A DNA stretch of 64,000 nucleotides, taken from positions 5,022,001 to 5,086,000 of the forward strand of contig JBLDXI010000042.1 in assembly GCA_047495785.1 (NCBI GenBank), in the 5' to 3' direction. The translations under genes and the position numbers were made by a program. Positions 61,598-64,000 of the stretch are shown piece after piece. The DNA comes from Lepidodermella squamata. Taxonomy: Eukaryota; Animalia; Gastrotricha. The first letter of the stretch is position 1. Each line of letters begins with the position of its first letter. The notes beneath the pieces were generated by a model that did not search any database, was not told the origin of the DNA, and saw only the letters and a program-made list of their open reading frames with translations.

Positions 61598-63881
61598 TTA
61601 ACATCTACTGATTTCCGAGTGTTTATTTCGGCCAGGTATGTACATAGCTATCGAGCTCATTTTATTCGCAGAATTAAAGGCGGCGCCACCTTCCCCAGCC
61701 AGAATTTTAACAACTTCCGCATGTCCGCTCCGAGCAGCGATGTTCTTGGGAGTGAAACCCTCATTATTAGCAGCGATTTCGTCGGCTTTAAATTCCCTTG
61801 CTAGAATTTGAACAACTTCCGCGTGTCCGCTCTGAGCAGCGATGAATAAAGGCGTAGACCCATTTCTGTTAGCAGCATTAACGTCAGCCTTAAACTCTCC
61901 AGCGAGAATTCTAACGATTTCCCCGTGACCGATTTTAGAAACGACGTGCAAAGGAGTCCAACCATGACGATTCGTAGCATTAACATTACAGTTAAATTGT
62001 CCAGCTAGAATTCTGACAATTTCCGCGTGTCTATTCTGAGCAGCAATGTGCAAGGGCGTCCAGCCATTATTATTAATAGCATTAACATCAGCTTTAAACT
62101 CTCCCGCTACCATCCTGACGATTTCCGAGTTTCCATTCTGAGCAGCGATGTGCAACGGTTTCGACCCATTACTATTCGCAGCTTCGACGTTGCATTTAAA
62201 TTGTCCAGCTAGAATTCTGACAATTTCAGCGTGCCCATTCTGAGCAGCGATGTGCAAGGGCGTCCAGCCATTATGATTAATAGCATTAACATCAGCTTTA
62301 AACTCTCCCGCTACAATTCTGACGATTTCAGCGTGTCCATTCTGGGCAGCAATGTGCAGGGACGTCCAGCCATCCACCTCCGATGCCTCAACGTTGCAGT
62401 GGAATTTTCCTGCTAACATCATGACGATATCAGCGTGTCCACTTTGAGCTGCGAAGTGCAATGGCGTCCATCCATCTTTCTCGCTGACGTCAACGTCGCA
62501 ATGGAATTCACCTGCTAGCATCCTGACGATTTCAGCGTGACCACTTTGAGCTGCGATGTGCAATGGCGTCCACCCATTTTTCTCCTCGGCATTAACGTCG
62601 CAATGGAATACACCTGCTATCATTCTGACGATCTTAGCGTGTCCATTCCGGGCAGCGATGTGCAACGGTGTCGAGCCATTCATGGTAGCCGTAGACAGCA
62701 CATCAGCCTTGAACTTCATTACCAATAATTGAACAATGTCGTCATGTCCTTCTTGAGCGGCTAAACACAGCGGCGTTAGGCCGTCGTTGTTATTACAGTT
62801 CACGTCAATCATTAAAGTTTCAGCCGACAACAGCAATTCGATTTCTTCGGTTTTGTGTTGCCTTATTAGGCGAAATAGCAACTAAATCAAATGGTAGCAC
62901 ATTCATTGATAATCATAGAAAAATGTGATAATACGTTTTCTTCTGGGTTCGGGTCGAGAAATGCAAGATCTCTATTGTGAGCTGTTTCCCTGAGTTCATT
63001 GAAGATTTTATCCGTGTTTTGTTCTGCATTAAGCAAATCCAGCGGTGGCACGCGATGCGAGCTGTTTTTTTCACGAACCATTCGTATGATGATGTTTCGG
63101 AATGCAAACGAATAACCACGAGAATCATCGAAGTCTTTCGGAGGATTGCTTCATAAGTAAGAAGGTAATTCACAAGGCTACATATTAAAAACTTCCATCA
63201 AAACTTACAGTATGATTGCCAGGGTAGAATCAAACTGTACAAATTATTTTCAATAAACTTGAATTCAAAGGAACAGAAATGTCTTACAGGCATGTAGAAA
63301 TTTGCTAATTCGAACAAAGTTACACCCAATGACCACCAGTCGCTTGCCTGAGAGTGATCTTTCCTCTCGAATAATTCCGGAGACTTGTAAAGATTTTCGC
63401 GACTCCCAACCTGTCGATGTTTCTCCCTTGGAGAGCTTTGCGGCACCAATATGACAGTATAGGAAATTGTCAATCCCAAATATCATTACCTTTCGTAAAT
63501 TTTTGCCAACCCGAAACCCCCCAGCTTGACAGACGAGCCGCCATAGAGAAATATATTCTTGGGCTCTATCGCACGATGAAGGATTTCGTTTTCGTGCAGC
63601 ATTGCCACAGCCGACGCAAGCTGCCGGGACCAATCCATCAGCAAATCTTCGGGAATAGGCCCGGCCGATTTCTTCATATAATCATTCAAATTTCCATCGG
63701 AGCAATATTCCATTACAAGATTGTAAATTGCGCCGACAGGACCCATCTCTTCAACAATTAAACCGTTGAAAATATTTTTTCTTCATAGAGATTTTGCGGC
63801 TGACTTACCATCGAATGTCCCGAAAACAGCTACAATGTTAGGGTGCGATAAATTTACTAGTTTCATATCGCTCCTTTTGCC
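61598..63881 (-). CDS. Gene K3 (partial; 5' part beyond the window): pseudokinase + about 11 ankyrin repeats
   Basis: LSHPNIVAVFG, MEYCSDGNL, HRAIEPKNIFL, KLGGFGLA, YKSPE, SDWWSLG. Splice PEEN|LLFRLIR into the ankyrin exon, as in K1 and K2. Confidence 0.82.
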
Positions 63882-64000
63882 CTATAAAGTAACTCTTCCC
63901 TTTTCCCCACCCATTTTCTGTTGAGAAGGCGAGTTTTTGCCTCATCGCTTAATGCATTATCGCGGCGCGCGGCAGTACTTTTATTGTAAGAATGCGCGGC

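Overview
Compact animal (invertebrate-type) genomic DNA with many short (~45-60 bp) GT-AG introns; the species cannot be assigned from the sequence. From left to right: an intronless class C (GABA-B-like) GPCR running off the left edge, apparently nested in an intron of an SLC28/CNT gene; a disrupted membrane-anchored ankyrin gene; a divergent prohibitin-like gene; eight paralogous secreted Cys-rich genes of a family I do not recognise (13.3-23.0 kb); two more CNT genes; two divergent Rh-type ammonium transporters; a MADF gene; and three tandem minus-strand NEK-like kinase + pseudokinase + ankyrin-array genes (42-64 kb). Mobile DNA is abundant: Harbinger-, hAT-, piggyBac- and Tc1/pogo-type MITEs, LINE, MULE and pogo relics, and an internally deleted Gypsy element. 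Three candidate undescribed systems stand out: (1) the kinase-pseudokinase-ankyrin family with about 34, 7 and 11 repeats and recent repeat shuffling; (2) the Cys-rich genes, which occur as head-to-head A/B subtype pairs; (3) mutually exclusive exons in one Rh gene that switch the first pore histidine to tyrosine. Exon boundaries were read by eye and no database search was run.
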